Shown here piece by piece: positions 15,291-26,934 of a stretch of 64,000 bases of DNA. The position numbers and the translations under genes were made by a program. Source of the stretch: Neoechinorhynchus agilis (lineage: Eukaryota > Animalia > Acanthocephala). Where the stretch lies: the NCBI GenBank assembly GCA_051530055.1, contig CM121341.1:14424784-14488783 (forward strand), read 5' to 3'. Numbering within the stretch: the first letter of the stretch is position 1; every line of letters starts with the position of its first letter. The notes beneath the pieces are model-generated. The model was not told the DNA's origin. It saw only the letters and a program-made list of their open reading frames with translations, and searched no databases.

Positions 15291-16066
15291 AAAGTAGAAG
15301 GTTCAGAAAGAGTCAGCATTTTCTGCCCGGAGAAATGGCTCAAAACCAGAATTATCGCATTATTTGTGTTACAGAAAGTATTGAAGGATTGATGAAACAA
15401 ATCTTTTCATTTTTCTATATGACAAATCGGGAATGCGTCTAAATGCGCTACCGAATTGCAGATAATCATTAAACCTTCCTTTCTTGTTGGTTCTTGATTT
15501 TGGCGTTTCTTTACTTCGTAAAAGTAGTAGCAAAATTCAGTTGATCAGAGTATTGTAAGCGAAATGCCTTGATAAATTATCGTTGATACAAACAAAGTTA
15601 CCGTTGAAGGTATTTAAAAATCTCTTCCTTGATTAACCATTAAATGCAGAAGTTTAATTTAGTAATCAAAAGAGAAGTGGTTATAAACATAATGAATTAG
15701 CATAACTGAACTTCGAAAGTGAATAAACCATAAAAGCGGAAATTTGATATACCAAAGGAGTTTAGGTCTCTGATTGCAACGGAACGATCGTTCGAATATG
15801 GTTTAGAAACATAACGCAATAATGGAAGAAGATATCTATGTTTTTATTTGGCTGTTTTTTTCGATGGATTCAATCTCAAAATGCTCATGATCTAGAAAAG
15901 TTTTCGTTAGTAATTTGACTTTGGGAAATTTGGTCGTTATCGCAATTTGTTAGCAAAATTTGCTTTAAATCTGATTCGGTATTATTGCACAATTTATCCT
16001 GATGCCACTAGGAATCTTCAGAAGTATTTTACAGGCAATGAAGACTGCCATATAAAAAGAATATTC

Positions 16067-16120
16067 TTGGGGTGACTCGGTGCCGGTCCCAAGCCCGGTC
16101 AAATGGGGAGGGTTTGCGTC
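16067..16120 (+). ncRNA. Twister ribozyme motif (type P1) in RTE 5' leader, probably inactive
   Basis: UGA-CUC-GGU-GC-CGG-UCCCAAGC-CCGG-UCAAAU-GGG-GAGGG matches the twister core (P4 with loop UCCCAAGC, L1 GAGGG). The UAA cleavage motif reads UGA. Confidence 0.8.
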
Positions 16121-17725
16121 AGGACTGGCATCCGGCCGTAAAACCTTGAGCCGAAAACATATCAGCAATGTCAAGTCTAATACCTCCGATCGATCGGGCT
16201 AGGGCGTTCCCTTCATGCGACGCGTGAAAAATTATTCAGGGTTACCGGATAAACGACGGGTCCGGCTAAAGAAGCGAGTCGCCTTCAAAATACGAATCGG
16301 CACCCTGAATGTAGGTTCAATGACCGGGAGAAGCAGGGAAGTGGCCGATTTGATGAGCAGGAGAAAAAAATCGAAATTCTTGGCGTCCAGGAGATCAGAT
16401 GGAAGGGAGGGAAGGCTAAGGAATTATGCTACCGATTTAAACTGTTCTATAGTGGAGGAGCAAGTGGTAGGAACGGAGTGGGCGTCATGGTATCAAAGGA
16501 TCTAGTGGACAACTTCGTAGAGGTGATTCGAACAAGCGATCGGGTAATGGCGCTGAAGGTAAGCGTTAACGGCGAAGCCACAATAATAGTTTCTGCGTAA
16601 ACCCTACAAATCGGTTGTAGTTAAGAGGAGAAGGTGGAATTTTGGCTGGATTTACCGGAAGTGGCAATGCCTAGGGAGGGTCGATGCGTGATAACCGGCG
16701 ATTTGAATGAACGCGTGGGGCCGTGAGATGGATACGAGCGAATTCATCGAGGACACAATGTAGGATCAAGGAACGCCGAGGGTATAAGACTATTGGATTA
16801 CGCAGCAGCGTTGGAGCTGCGTATTGCCAATACTTCAAAAAAGACCCACGGCACCTTTACACATACTCAATCAAGCCAAACCGATTTCATTTTGTATCCG
16901 ATAGGGAGATGGGGTGAAGTTCAGAATGTCAAGATAATACTAGGAGAGGAGTGCACGACGCAACATAGAGTGCTCGTGAGCCGACAACGGGCATTGCGCC
17001 TTAAATGAAGTGGTGGAAACGTGCACCCGAATGTCAATATGACGAGGCTGTACTCGGACGATGAGGTGGCTGCACAGCTCAAGAAAATGAAGACTTGTAG
17101 GAGCGCCGGTCCAGTTAACATTCCGATCGAGCTGTGGCAATCCCTGGGCGTCTTCGGAATAAAGTTGCTCACGATGCTCTTTTAGAAGATAGATATGGAG
17201 GAAAAGATCCCGTCGGAATGGCAGGGAAGCATATTGAAACCAACACCATGCCGCCGCGATCCAAGCGATGTATCGAGAATGCTACACCTGCGTGCGATGC
17301 CACAGCGTTATCACCGACTATTTCCGAGTCTTCGTCGGTCTGCAACAGGGTTCGGCCCTGAGTCCATTCTTGTTCACGATCGTGATAGACGTCCTAAGAA
17401 ATGCGGGAAGAGAAATGAACGCACCATGGACGATTTGGTGCTCACAGATATGGACGTGGACACACTCAGGAATTTGCTGGAGAGTTGGCGACAGCGAATA
17501 GATAGCAGCGGATTGAGAGTGAGCAGGTGCAAAACGAAATACATGGGGCCGGGTAACCTCGATATGCAAGGAACTCAGATTGAAAAGATGAACACCTTCA
17601 AATATTTGGGCAGCCTGTTGAACATGCAATGTGAGCTCGCACCATAGATCGGGCAAAGAGTTCAATGCAGCTGGAACAACTGGAGGAAGACAACAGCCAT
17701 CCTTTGCGATAAGCGTTTCCCGAAC
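16067..17725 (+). mobile_element. RTE-clade LINE, decayed and internally deleted (APE + RT)
   Basis: IRIGTLNVGSMTGRSREV, GDLN..VG, VGLQQGSALSPFLF, FKYLGS, WNNWRKTTAILCDKR. It is fused at ~17725 to an inverted LINE fragment. Confidence 0.9.
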
Positions 17726-18567
17726 GTTTTTGGAGAAAACGGAGTGGCGGTGGGCGTCGAGGGGAGGGAGTGAAGTACCGCATATTCTAGCTGCTCTCTT
17801 GTGGAAAGTCTCGAGGGAATGGAGAGCATTGAAGGAGAGGGAGAGGAAAGTGAGGAAAGCGCATGTAAGGATAGGAAGGATGGCAGAAAGATAAAAGTGA
17901 GCAAGGTGTTTAGGGGATACGCCGAAATGCCGGAGGAGTTTGAGAAAGTAAAAACGAGGGTTTGCTTTTGAGAAGGTAAATGAAATGTGGGCATCCCATT
18001 TAAGGTTTTCTTGTAAAATCAGGCCCAGTATTCGGGGGGAAGAGGAGCGTTGTATGGGGAGAGGCAGAGGCGCGGGGATAAGATTGCGTTTGGAAATGTG
18101 GGGGGACAAACTCAATAGATTTGGATAAATTTATGGAGAGGTTTAGGGTGGAGAGCGAGGAAATGAGATGGTTGAGCTCGTCCATGGTTGTGGAGAGGGA
18201 GATAGAGGGAGATGCGATGATAATGACTGTGAGGTCATCTGCATAAAGAAAATATTTGGTAGGGGTAGTGAGAGGATGGAGGTCATTTAGAAAAATGTCA
18301 AAGAGGAGAGGGGAAAGTACGGCGCCTTGGGGGACCCCTTTAAATATGGGCAGAGAAGAAGAACATGTAGCTCCAGATTGGATATCTTGTTCGCGGTTGG
18401 AGAGGAAAGAGGAAATCCAAGCGAGTTGCCAAGTTGGGAGGCCAAAGGAAGCTCATGATTGGAGAAGGGAGTGATCGACCGACTCGAACGTGCTGGAAAT
18501 ATCCAGTTGCACGAGACGGAGAGTTGATGCTGGACTGGAACCTAAGCTGCGCACCAGCGTATCGTAT
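17726..18567 (-). mobile_element. LINE (L2/CR1-group) RT fragment, sister copy of 6960-8200
   Basis: Colinear high similarity to ~7210-8050, with the same LDISSTFESVDH and YADD motifs. Confidence 0.88.
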
Positions 18568-18850
18568 TCTTTTTTAAGAATGCTGATCTTTTACTCTGCG
18601 AAAAGGTGTTAGGAAATATCTTGGATATTCGAAAAATAAAATTCCGTGTAATAATTACACCTATGTCTAAACGAATTATTTACTTAATATCTGTACGAAT
18701 TTAGCTTCCCCCATTTCACAGTGTGATTTGAAACTCCTCTTAAGAGCACCTCGAAAACTTTTCGTTGAGCAATCCATGTTTTGTAAACATTTCTACGTTC
18801 AAATCCAAAACATCGTTCGGATAAACACAACTCTGTTTACCTTTCCGGAG

Positions 18851-18857
18851 TATAAAA
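18851..18857 (+). promoter_or_regulatory. TATA box
   Basis: TATAAAA ~60 nt upstream of ATG 18910, with an Inr-like TCAATC ~25 nt downstream of it. Confidence 0.5.
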
Positions 18858-18909
18858 GGAGGCGAGATGAGATCTCAATCTATCGCCGTCGGTCTTCAAA
18901 CCGTCAACA

Positions 18910-19202
18910 ATGCTTATTCGTTTCGCGATTCTCGCTCTCGTCTGTTCCATGGCAGCGGCTAACGATGATCAGGAGACTCCACTCACGACAATGGAACCAA
19001 TGGGGCTCGTCGATCTTGGATGCCCATGCCTTTTGCTTAATCCGAAAGCTGCAACTTCTGATGAAGTGAAGAACAAAACTCTTCACGAAATCCGATTTTG
19101 CGCATCTTGTGGACGTAGACAGACCACTGCCTCAATACAGGCGACTGCTCGGGTTTAGTCCAGAAGGCATTAATGGAGCTCTTAAAGGAAGAGCTTAGAT
19201 AA
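18910..19202 (+). CDS. Small secreted Cys-containing orphan peptide (~82 aa)
   Basis: Signal-peptide-like MLIRFAILALVCSMAAA, then CPC and CASC motifs. A 44-nt GT-AG intron at 19115-19158 gives the C-terminus GLQKALMELLKEELR*. An upstream TATA box is present. Confidence 0.6.
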
Positions 19203-19807
19203 ATAGTTGCAATTTCAATGAGTGAATGGGAGTGGGTCAAAAGCATTCATGATACCACCAAAAGGTGTGGATTGTTCTTGCCCAAAAATGTGATCAAAGG
19301 ATCTGCTGCATTGCTTTTAAAGTTCGAACGTTATTAGTGATCCTTTTCCGTAAGTGGCATGATCTTTGACGATACTTAAATGTACAACCAAAAACTCTGA
19401 CCTTGCTCCCTTCCTTCTGGCTTCAATCTTTCTTATTCTCGCCTATGACAGCTGCTTTTCAAATTATTCATAAATGCTTCATATCGATAAGAATGCAAAT
19501 GTTATAAGCATATTGCGGTTCATGACTTCTACAATTTAGTGGCAGCGTTTCAAAGATCGCAAGGAAATCTTGTTGAAATTAATCCCACAGTCTAACAGGA
19601 ATTGGAAGTGCTTAATACTCCTTCTTAGTAGTGGAACCTTTGGAAGCATGTTATTGGCGATCAGTAAGACTAACATCAGAAATATACATTGGATTTGTAC
19701 CCGATATAAAACCAAGTCATATCTATCACAAAATCATAGAGAACCCAAATTAATATGATATAAGGAAATGTTTAATATTCGCATCCAAAATGCTTAACTC
19801 ATTCAGT

Positions 19808-20560
19808 TCACGAGTCATTTACTGCTTCGCTCTCGGGAAAGATTCTATCAAGAGTGAGCTTAAATCGCTCCACTGCATCATCAACAAAATCCTCGCGCTC
19901 TCGAACGAATATCGTAACATTTCCGCTATTGTATACCATAGCAGTGAATTTTGCCGAACGCTCATTTTCTCTGAGTTCGATTGTAGAATAATAGTCGAAC
20001 TTCAAGAAGGAATAAAGGTCAGGATTGTAGCGCACTCGTTCAGGAAGCAAACACGAGGCCAGTTTAAAGAGATCAATCTGCCGCCCATACTTCACACAAA
20101 CTAAGAGATAGGTAAGTTTGAGTTCCGCAAGACACAATTGATCTCCAACTGAACGGCGAAACATTTTCTTAAACATCAACAAAGCTTGTTTGGCTTCGGC
20201 TTTACCTTTTGTGCAGGAAATGATGAGTCTACCAGTGCTGAAGAGCAAAATCGTAACCTTTGGTTTGACCAGCCGAACTGTGATTTTGCTATTGTTGTGG
20301 AATTCAGCGTTTTTTAATTTAGAATACAGAATCCAAAGATTTAGCGACGGATCAGAACTGTGCACGCGAGTTTTATACCTGTAGGAGATTATTCTCTGAT
20401 ATAATTTGACTTCAGCATTTTGTGATGTACAAGTTTGATAAAAGTATTTTTGCAATTGCCCTCCAATATAAATAACGGGACCATCTAGTTTTCTGCGGCG
20501 GTTTTTACGGCGGACATTAATGCTGATTGCCGTTTGATCATTGGATTTTTGCACATTCAT
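19808..20560 (-). CDS. Highly divergent TBP-family protein (TRF2/TBPL1-like), coding region intronless
   Basis: Two TBP repeats: LNL...NAEF...KITVRLVKPKVTILLFSTGRLII...EAKQA and IDL..L....RYNPDLYSFLKF...TAMVYNSGNVTI...AVERF. The 250-aa ORF is open. Confidence 0.82.
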   Translation of the reverse strand: MNVQKSNDQTAISINVRRKNRRRKLDGPVIYIGGQLQKYFYQTCTSQNAEVKLYQRIISYRYKTRVHSSDPSLNLWILYSKLKNAEFHNNSKITVRLVKPKVTILLFSTGRLIISCTKGKAEAKQALLMFKKMFRRSVGDQLCLAELKLTYLLVCVKYGRQIDLFKLASCLLPERVRYNPDLYSFLKFDYYSTIELRENERSAKFTAMVYNSGNVTIFVREREDFVDDAVERFKLTLDRIFPESEAVNDS

Positions 20561-20649
20561 CTGAAACCTAAAGGATGAGTTTACATTTGAAGTAATGAGC
20601 CATTCTATTTAACATTACTAATCAAAAAGTATTTAAAGATATTCATGCC

Positions 20650-21600
20650 AGCACTTTGAATTACTCAGTTGCCGTCCAGGTGTAACGGTCGAAAAGACGG
20701 ATGCAGAGTTCCTTTCCCGTTGGAGAGCCAAGCTTGTTGTTTAAAACGACCCGAATGTCTCTTCCCACAAAAAGGGAACGAAATAATTATGTCAACCCAA
20801 GTCCCGTATTTGGTCTTTTTTCGATCCTCAGCGGTGTTTATTGCTCCCCGGTTTAATGGCTGCAAATTTTATGTTGCTGGCTATTAACCTTGACCACGCG
20901 AGTACAGTGACACCGTCCAGTATACTATTATTATTAAAACTCACGCCTCATACACACCAGTATACGACCATCGAGTCGGTAAGCATTGTTCGGCTCTAAA
21001 ATGTTGAGCGAATTCACGGTAATCATTAAACAACTAAGAATTGCGTTTACTTCGGCGTGTCGTGAGTGCCTTTCGGCTGACAGATGATACAATTGCGTCT
21101 TGGTGGCTCTACAGTCACTCAGAAACGTCAGCGATGGGAAGCGATCCTAGCGGTGAGCCAAGCACGCGATTCTCTTGTCGATACTACCGCCAATCGAATT
21201 CGGTTCACCAGGTCACGAGAATCTGAAATTAAGGAGTTGTGAATTCTCGCTACCAGGAGTGAATCCCGGAATGATTGTTTGCAAGCATTGACGGGTACTT
21301 GCTCGCTACCGGAATCTTCATACCAAAAATCAACAGCTACCGCGAAATCTTCGCTCAACCTGTAAACCTCGCCAAGAAAAGACTAAACTATATTGCAGAT
21401 TTTTTCATACGATACCAATTAAGCTTTCAACGGTAACGCTGCAAAATTTTCTCGAGATAGGCTTTCACCGTCTCGTCTAATTTTGCTAACTTCTCCTTAT
21501 GTCTAAAAAGGTGCCCTGCGCAGCTTATACAGCAATCTCGGAATGAAGAGGTGTTCTTGATCAAAATAAACACAAAATGCCGAAAAAAGTCATCTATAAG
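20650..21600 (-). mobile_element. CRE-clade element, internally deleted copy B
   Basis: Shares the RT-tail segment and the 3' end (SLALQR..SASVFSTVTPGRQL) with the other copies. Confidence 0.8.
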
Positions 21601-22602
21601 CTCTTTTGTTTTCTTTTATACATTTATTTCCCAGGGTAAAGTCAATTGTAATCTGCTTACACTTTTTTAGCTAATGATGATGTTCGAAATTCGGCGATTT
21701 GAGATTATTAAAGAAATCAAGATTCAAGATGAGAATTTAATTTCATCCGTAGGCTAAAACAGTTCGCTGATAAAATAGTTCAATACTAATTATGAATTTA
21801 GAGCGATTGAAGAAACCTCAAATAAAGGGCAGCGACAACAATTCCATCTTGTATCGCATTATATCTACGAATATCAAACCTACTGCAGCTCTCGACTAAG
21901 ACCACTAAACCGCAAAATGCGTTCATTCTTTATTTGATAAATTGTTTTTTAAGCAATAGAGATCCATTGTGACGACCAAACATAGAGAGCTAAAAACCGA
22001 AGGATAAAACTTCTAACAAAAATATTCTTAACGATCTTAAAAATTAAGTGGGAAGATATTCATTTAATTTCGCAAAAATACAAGCCGCTCGTCCTTTTAC
22101 AAAAAGATTCAATTGCATAGCTCTCGCTTGTTGTATTGAATACAAATCGTCTTACATTCCATTGTGCAAATATCTGTCCGTAAATAAGTCAGACAAATTT
22201 TCAATATATAAGACATCGCCAATAAAATGGACATTTCCTTGAAAATACGCTAAACATTTCATAACACCTACTTTTGGCAAAAAGAATTATTAGAAAAAAA
22301 TTTAACTGACGGAAATTTTAGGAATCGGGAACATGAATTCGATATACCTTGGTCGATTCTGTTGCACCTGAAAATAATTTAAAAAAATTGTAAGGCACAA
22401 CATTGAATATTTAAATTTCTCTAAAACACTCTTTATAATTAGAAAATTAGCCTGAAATGAACATCACTGAAATTAAATTAGTAATTGAGATGAAGATTGT
22501 AATGAGAAATTATAAATTCTAAAAAATATATAACTTTCAATTACAGAAACAACTTACAATATAAAATTAAAAGCGAGTGGCACTTTTTCGGTCATGAAAT
22601 CA

Positions 22603-23460
22603 TTCACACCGCCGCCCTGAATCACTCAGCTGCCGTTCAGGTGCAACGGTCGAAAGGACGGATGCAGTGTTCCCTCGTCGCACAGCCAGACTTATGTTTT
22701 GTATTGTGAATGCTCCCGCCCTCTGATCGCCAGTGATTCGTCTTAATCTCTTAGACAATTCCTTGACCAGGTCCTGGACCACCCCAAGTCTCAGGAACAC
22801 TGCAATCCTCACTGTCTCGTCGGAGAGAAGGGTGCCCACAGTGGCGATTGGGAGAGCGCTGAACAAAGCACCCGATTCGCTTGTAGAGACTGCACCAATC
22901 AAGCTTGGCTCACCAGGTCACGAGAATCTGAAATCAAAGAGTTATGAATTCTCGCTACCAGGGGTGAGTCCCAAACTGATTGTTTGCAACCATCGACGGG
23001 GACTTGCTCGCTGCCTGAATATCCACACCAAAGATTAAGAGCCTCCACAAAATCTTCATCAGAAGTGTAATCTCGTTAAGAAAGGATTAAACTATTATGC
23101 GGCTTGCTTCATACGATCAAAAATAAGCTTTCAGAGAAATATCGGCCGCTTTTCCAACACCCAAACCGCCAGACGACACAGGCAAGGACGCTTGACGCCA
23201 GGCCTCGTCCGAAAGCTGGGGATTTAAAATTGTCTCGAAAGAGGCTTTTACCGTCTCGCCTAATTTTGCCAGCTTATTATTATGTCTAAAAAAGGTGCTG
23301 TGCGAAACTTATACAACAATTTTGGAATAAAGAGGGTGTTCTTGATCAGGAACAGAGCCTCGTGTGAATATAATTCATCAACTCGTTCGCATATTCTTTC
23401 GTTCGTTAAAAAGTTAAAGAAACTCGCACGGTCTACTACGAAATTATTGCGTCTGTTCAT
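22603..23460 (-). mobile_element. CRE-clade element, internally deleted copy C
   Basis: HEALFLIKNTLFIPKLLYKFRTAP, LPIATVGTLLSDETVRIAVFLRLG, QNISLAVRRGNTASVLSTVAPERQL. Confidence 0.85.
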
Positions 23461-23677
23461 TTAGTACATTTCAACGCGCTGATTCCGAAACAGTTTTCAG
23501 ATTAACTATAGCTGCCATAGTTCTTGAGGTATTCGTCTTTCAATTTTGAGACAAACATCCTTGTTTATTGATATCATAATTTTAATCGATTGTCAATTAT
23601 ACATTTTCTCGATCAGATTCTAAAGTTGATTTCATCTGCATATACCGTTCCGGTGGCTTCTCTAATCTATTTGTTTA

Positions 23678-26600
23678 CGTCCCTTACTTTCGTCCCTAAC
23701 TTTCTTTCACGATGATCGGACTTGATGTTACTGATTCTTGTCGGCCACGTAAAAGTAGCAGCTCCGGCGGCCAGACAGCTACTGATAGTAACCTGTCAAT
23801 GCGGGGTCATTGTGCCGCTCCACTTGGTGATGCGGCAGCGAACAGGAGCAACAAAATCCACCAGTGCAACGGGAAAAGCGAGGGCGTCGTAGCTCTCGCC
23901 GACGACTTGAGCGTCGAAATGAGCGAAATTGTCGCCGGAGGCAACGAAAGCGTCGGTCGAAGCTCATCACCGTGGTGGTTACGGACTGTTCAGGTGGCGC
24001 TGACAACCGTGAGCCCTTTGGCCCAGCTATTTCAAATAGAAGAGGACTACGAATCGGATCTTTAAATTGTAGGAGTCTGCGAGCGCAATGGCGTATTTTA
24101 ACCCTGGCCAAATTGACAAGGGACGCCAGAATGGGTCAGACACAGACGTAAATCAGGATGATTTAGGAGGAGGCTGGTCATTATGTTACCTATCTGTGGA
24201 CAGTCGAGGAAATGGAGGTGTAGGCGTTTGTTTATCACCCCGCCTCCGAAACTCAGCACTATGCAGTATTATAACTGACCGAATCCTTCGGGTCAGCATA
24301 AAGCTTCGGTCGAGAAATCTCTATGCTTTTGGCGTATATTCACCGAGCTCCTCGTCGGATGAAGAGGCAGTTGAAGGATTTTATGGAAATCTAGCCGAAG
24401 CATTAGATGATGTACCGAACAGAGACACCCTCCTAATAACCGGTGACTTCAACGCGATTTTACCGCATTCCGAAAGATCGCTAAATTTGTTGAAAGGCGA
24501 GAATCGGAACAGCCGGTACTTGGTTGAGGCGCTGGAGCGGCATGATCTCGTGTCTGCTAACACTTTATTCCGGAAGCGTTCGTGGCGTTTGGCGACGTTT
24601 ATGGGTCAAAAGAATCCGTCCAAACATGCCATGGGAAAAAATACCAAGAGAAGCTTAACTCAGCTTGACCATATATTGTTAAGACGTAGGGAAAAATGTC
24701 GGGTCAAAAACGCTGACGCATTCACAATTGATGGGCTGCCAACCGACCACAAGTTGGTAATGTGTCAGTTGAGCATGAGTGACTCGTTGTTCCGTACGCC
24801 TCAACATCCTCCACGTCCGTTCTATGGCGCCCTCGCTAATGAGGAGAAGAGAAAAGAGTTCGATATCGAACTAGAGAATCAACTGAACTCGATGCCAGCT
24901 GCTGAAACGGATATTGATTTTTATTACAGGCCAATCTGCGACGCATTGACCGAAGCGGCCGAGAAAACCCTCCCAAAAATGGGGCGTATAAATGCTGCAA
25001 AAGTTATATGGCAGGAAGACTGTGAATTTATGGCAATGGCTGAGCAGATCAAAACTCTAAGAAAAAGAGGAAAACGATCTGAGGCTCGCATTGTAAGTCT
25101 TGAACTTGCCAACCTCTATAATGAAAAGCGAAAGGCTTCGATAGATCATGCAGTTCGCGAGATCGCATATAAGGAAGTTTTGTTCGTACCTCCTTAGCAT
25201 GGAGAGCGATAAACACTCTCACAGGAAGATCCCAAAGACAGCCAACTTTGATTGAAGGTCCCTCCCCGGAAATCAGAAAAAGAGGATCGCAAATTATTTT
25301 GCGGAAATTCTCAATTCGCCATTATCGTCTTTGGAAGTGAGTCCTGCACTTCCAAAAGGCACAATCGTCCCAAGCACTGAGGCATACTTCACTGGACCGA
25401 TTTCCGTGAAGGAAGCGATCGCTGCGGCGAAAATGATGCGTGCGGGACGTGCATCAGGCCCAGATGGGATAATGGCAGATGTACTGAGCTTTGAATCTAT
25501 TGCCAGAAAAATCATACCGATAATGAATGGCATAATGAATGGTTGCTCAGTACCTCAAATCTGGCAAACGGCGCATTTAACAATGATCCCCAAGAAATGC
25601 TGCTCGACAAAGGTGGAGGATTACAGAGGTATATCCTTGATGTCCAACACGGCAAAACTTTTCAGCAGCATTTTGAGACGCCGAATTCAGCCAATCCTCG
25701 AACCGTTTGTAAGAATTGAACAGAACGGCTTCAGGAATGGTCGAGGCACCACAGAGCACATATTGGCTTTGAGTAGGATCCTCGAGGAGGCACGAATTCA
25801 TCAAACGGATGTGACGCTGGTATTTGTTGATTTCCGTCGAGCTTTCGATTCGGTAAATCGAACGATGATTGGCGGTATCTTAAAGGAGTATGGAGTGCCG
25901 CCGATCATTGTCACATCCGCTATGGCATTATATAAAAAACAAGGTCCGCCGTAAAGACAGCTGACGGTTTGACAGAACACTTTTCCACCACTTCAGGTGT
26001 TCTGCAGGGCGACACATTGGCTCCTTTCCTCTTCATCTTGGCGCTTGATTGGGTAATGAGATGGGCACTACCAAATGATGAAGATGGATTTCTTCTGTTG
26101 AGGAAAAGAGATCGCAGGTATCCTGAGATACGCGCCTCCTACATGGCATATGCCGACGACATCGTATTGATGTCCTCAACAGTCGAAGGAGCTCAATGCA
26201 TGCTAAATAGACTGTGCGAGAGGGCGAGTATGATTGGTCTGACCATCAACTCGAAAAAGACGGAATTCTTGACGATTCCGCATGTCGCGCATACAGTCTC
26301 TTGCGAAGGGCCGAATGGCGTTGAGCAATTAAAACAGATAGAGCGGTATGTCTATCTGGGAGCTGTCGTTCCTGAGGTGAGTGCGGATGTCAGCCGACGG
26401 AGAGCTATAGCTTGGAGAGCAATTGGGCAACTTAAGCCACTGTTTGACAGTGAGTCTTTCAGCTGTTCAGGACTCTAATTGAGAGCATTCTCTACTACAA
26501 TGCAGAGACCTGGACATTGTCACCAACAGCGACGAGGCAGTTGGACCAAAATCATTCATCTCTCTTACGTGCGGCGTTCAAGGTCAGATTGTCAGATAAA

Positions 26601-26934
26601 GTGACCAACAAAGCACTGTATAAGAGAGCCGGAGTCCAACCGCCCAGTGAATATTTGCGCCGCAGACGACTGCAGTTCACGGGCAATATAATTCGGTCCG
26701 AGGCATCTTGCCCACAGGTCGTGCAACAGTTTCTTTCTGGAAGCCAACGACATTGTATCATAAAGGCAAAGGGAACTGTCGTACATACGATGACCTGATT
26801 TTAAGAGACGCGAATTGCCCGCATAACAGGACTGCGGTCGTGTATTTTAGATTCCTTGCGGAGTCTAATTCTATTTGACGGGCTTATACCTGCGGTGCAA
26901 CGTAGGAAAGTACCGTTGCATACAATACAATACA
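23678..26934 (+). mobile_element. Full-length RTE-clade LINE (APE + RT), frameshifted, with 9-bp TSD
   Basis: TSD ATTTGTTTA at 23669-23677 and 26935-26943. Motifs IGSLNCRSL, GDFNA, LDHIL, TDHKLV, FVDFRRAFDSV, GVLQGDTLAPFLF, YADD, YLG. The 3' end has a stem-loop TGCAACG/CGTTGCA followed by (TACAA)3. Confidence 0.93.
23711..23847 (+). ncRNA. Candidate HDV-like self-cleaving ribozyme at RTE 5' end
   Basis: P1 GAUGAUC/GGUCAUU with first G-U pair, P3 CUG/CGG with loop UCAAUG, single G for P1.1, P4 UGCCGC/GCGGCA and J4/2 GCGAA. The P2 assignment is problematic. Confidence 0.45.

Noticed and set aside
23743-23783. Pistol ribozyme resemblance (GGCCACG-UAAAA-GUAGC)
   Set aside because: The P1 5' strand, pseudoknot partner and P3 are absent; the HDV-like fold explains the region better.
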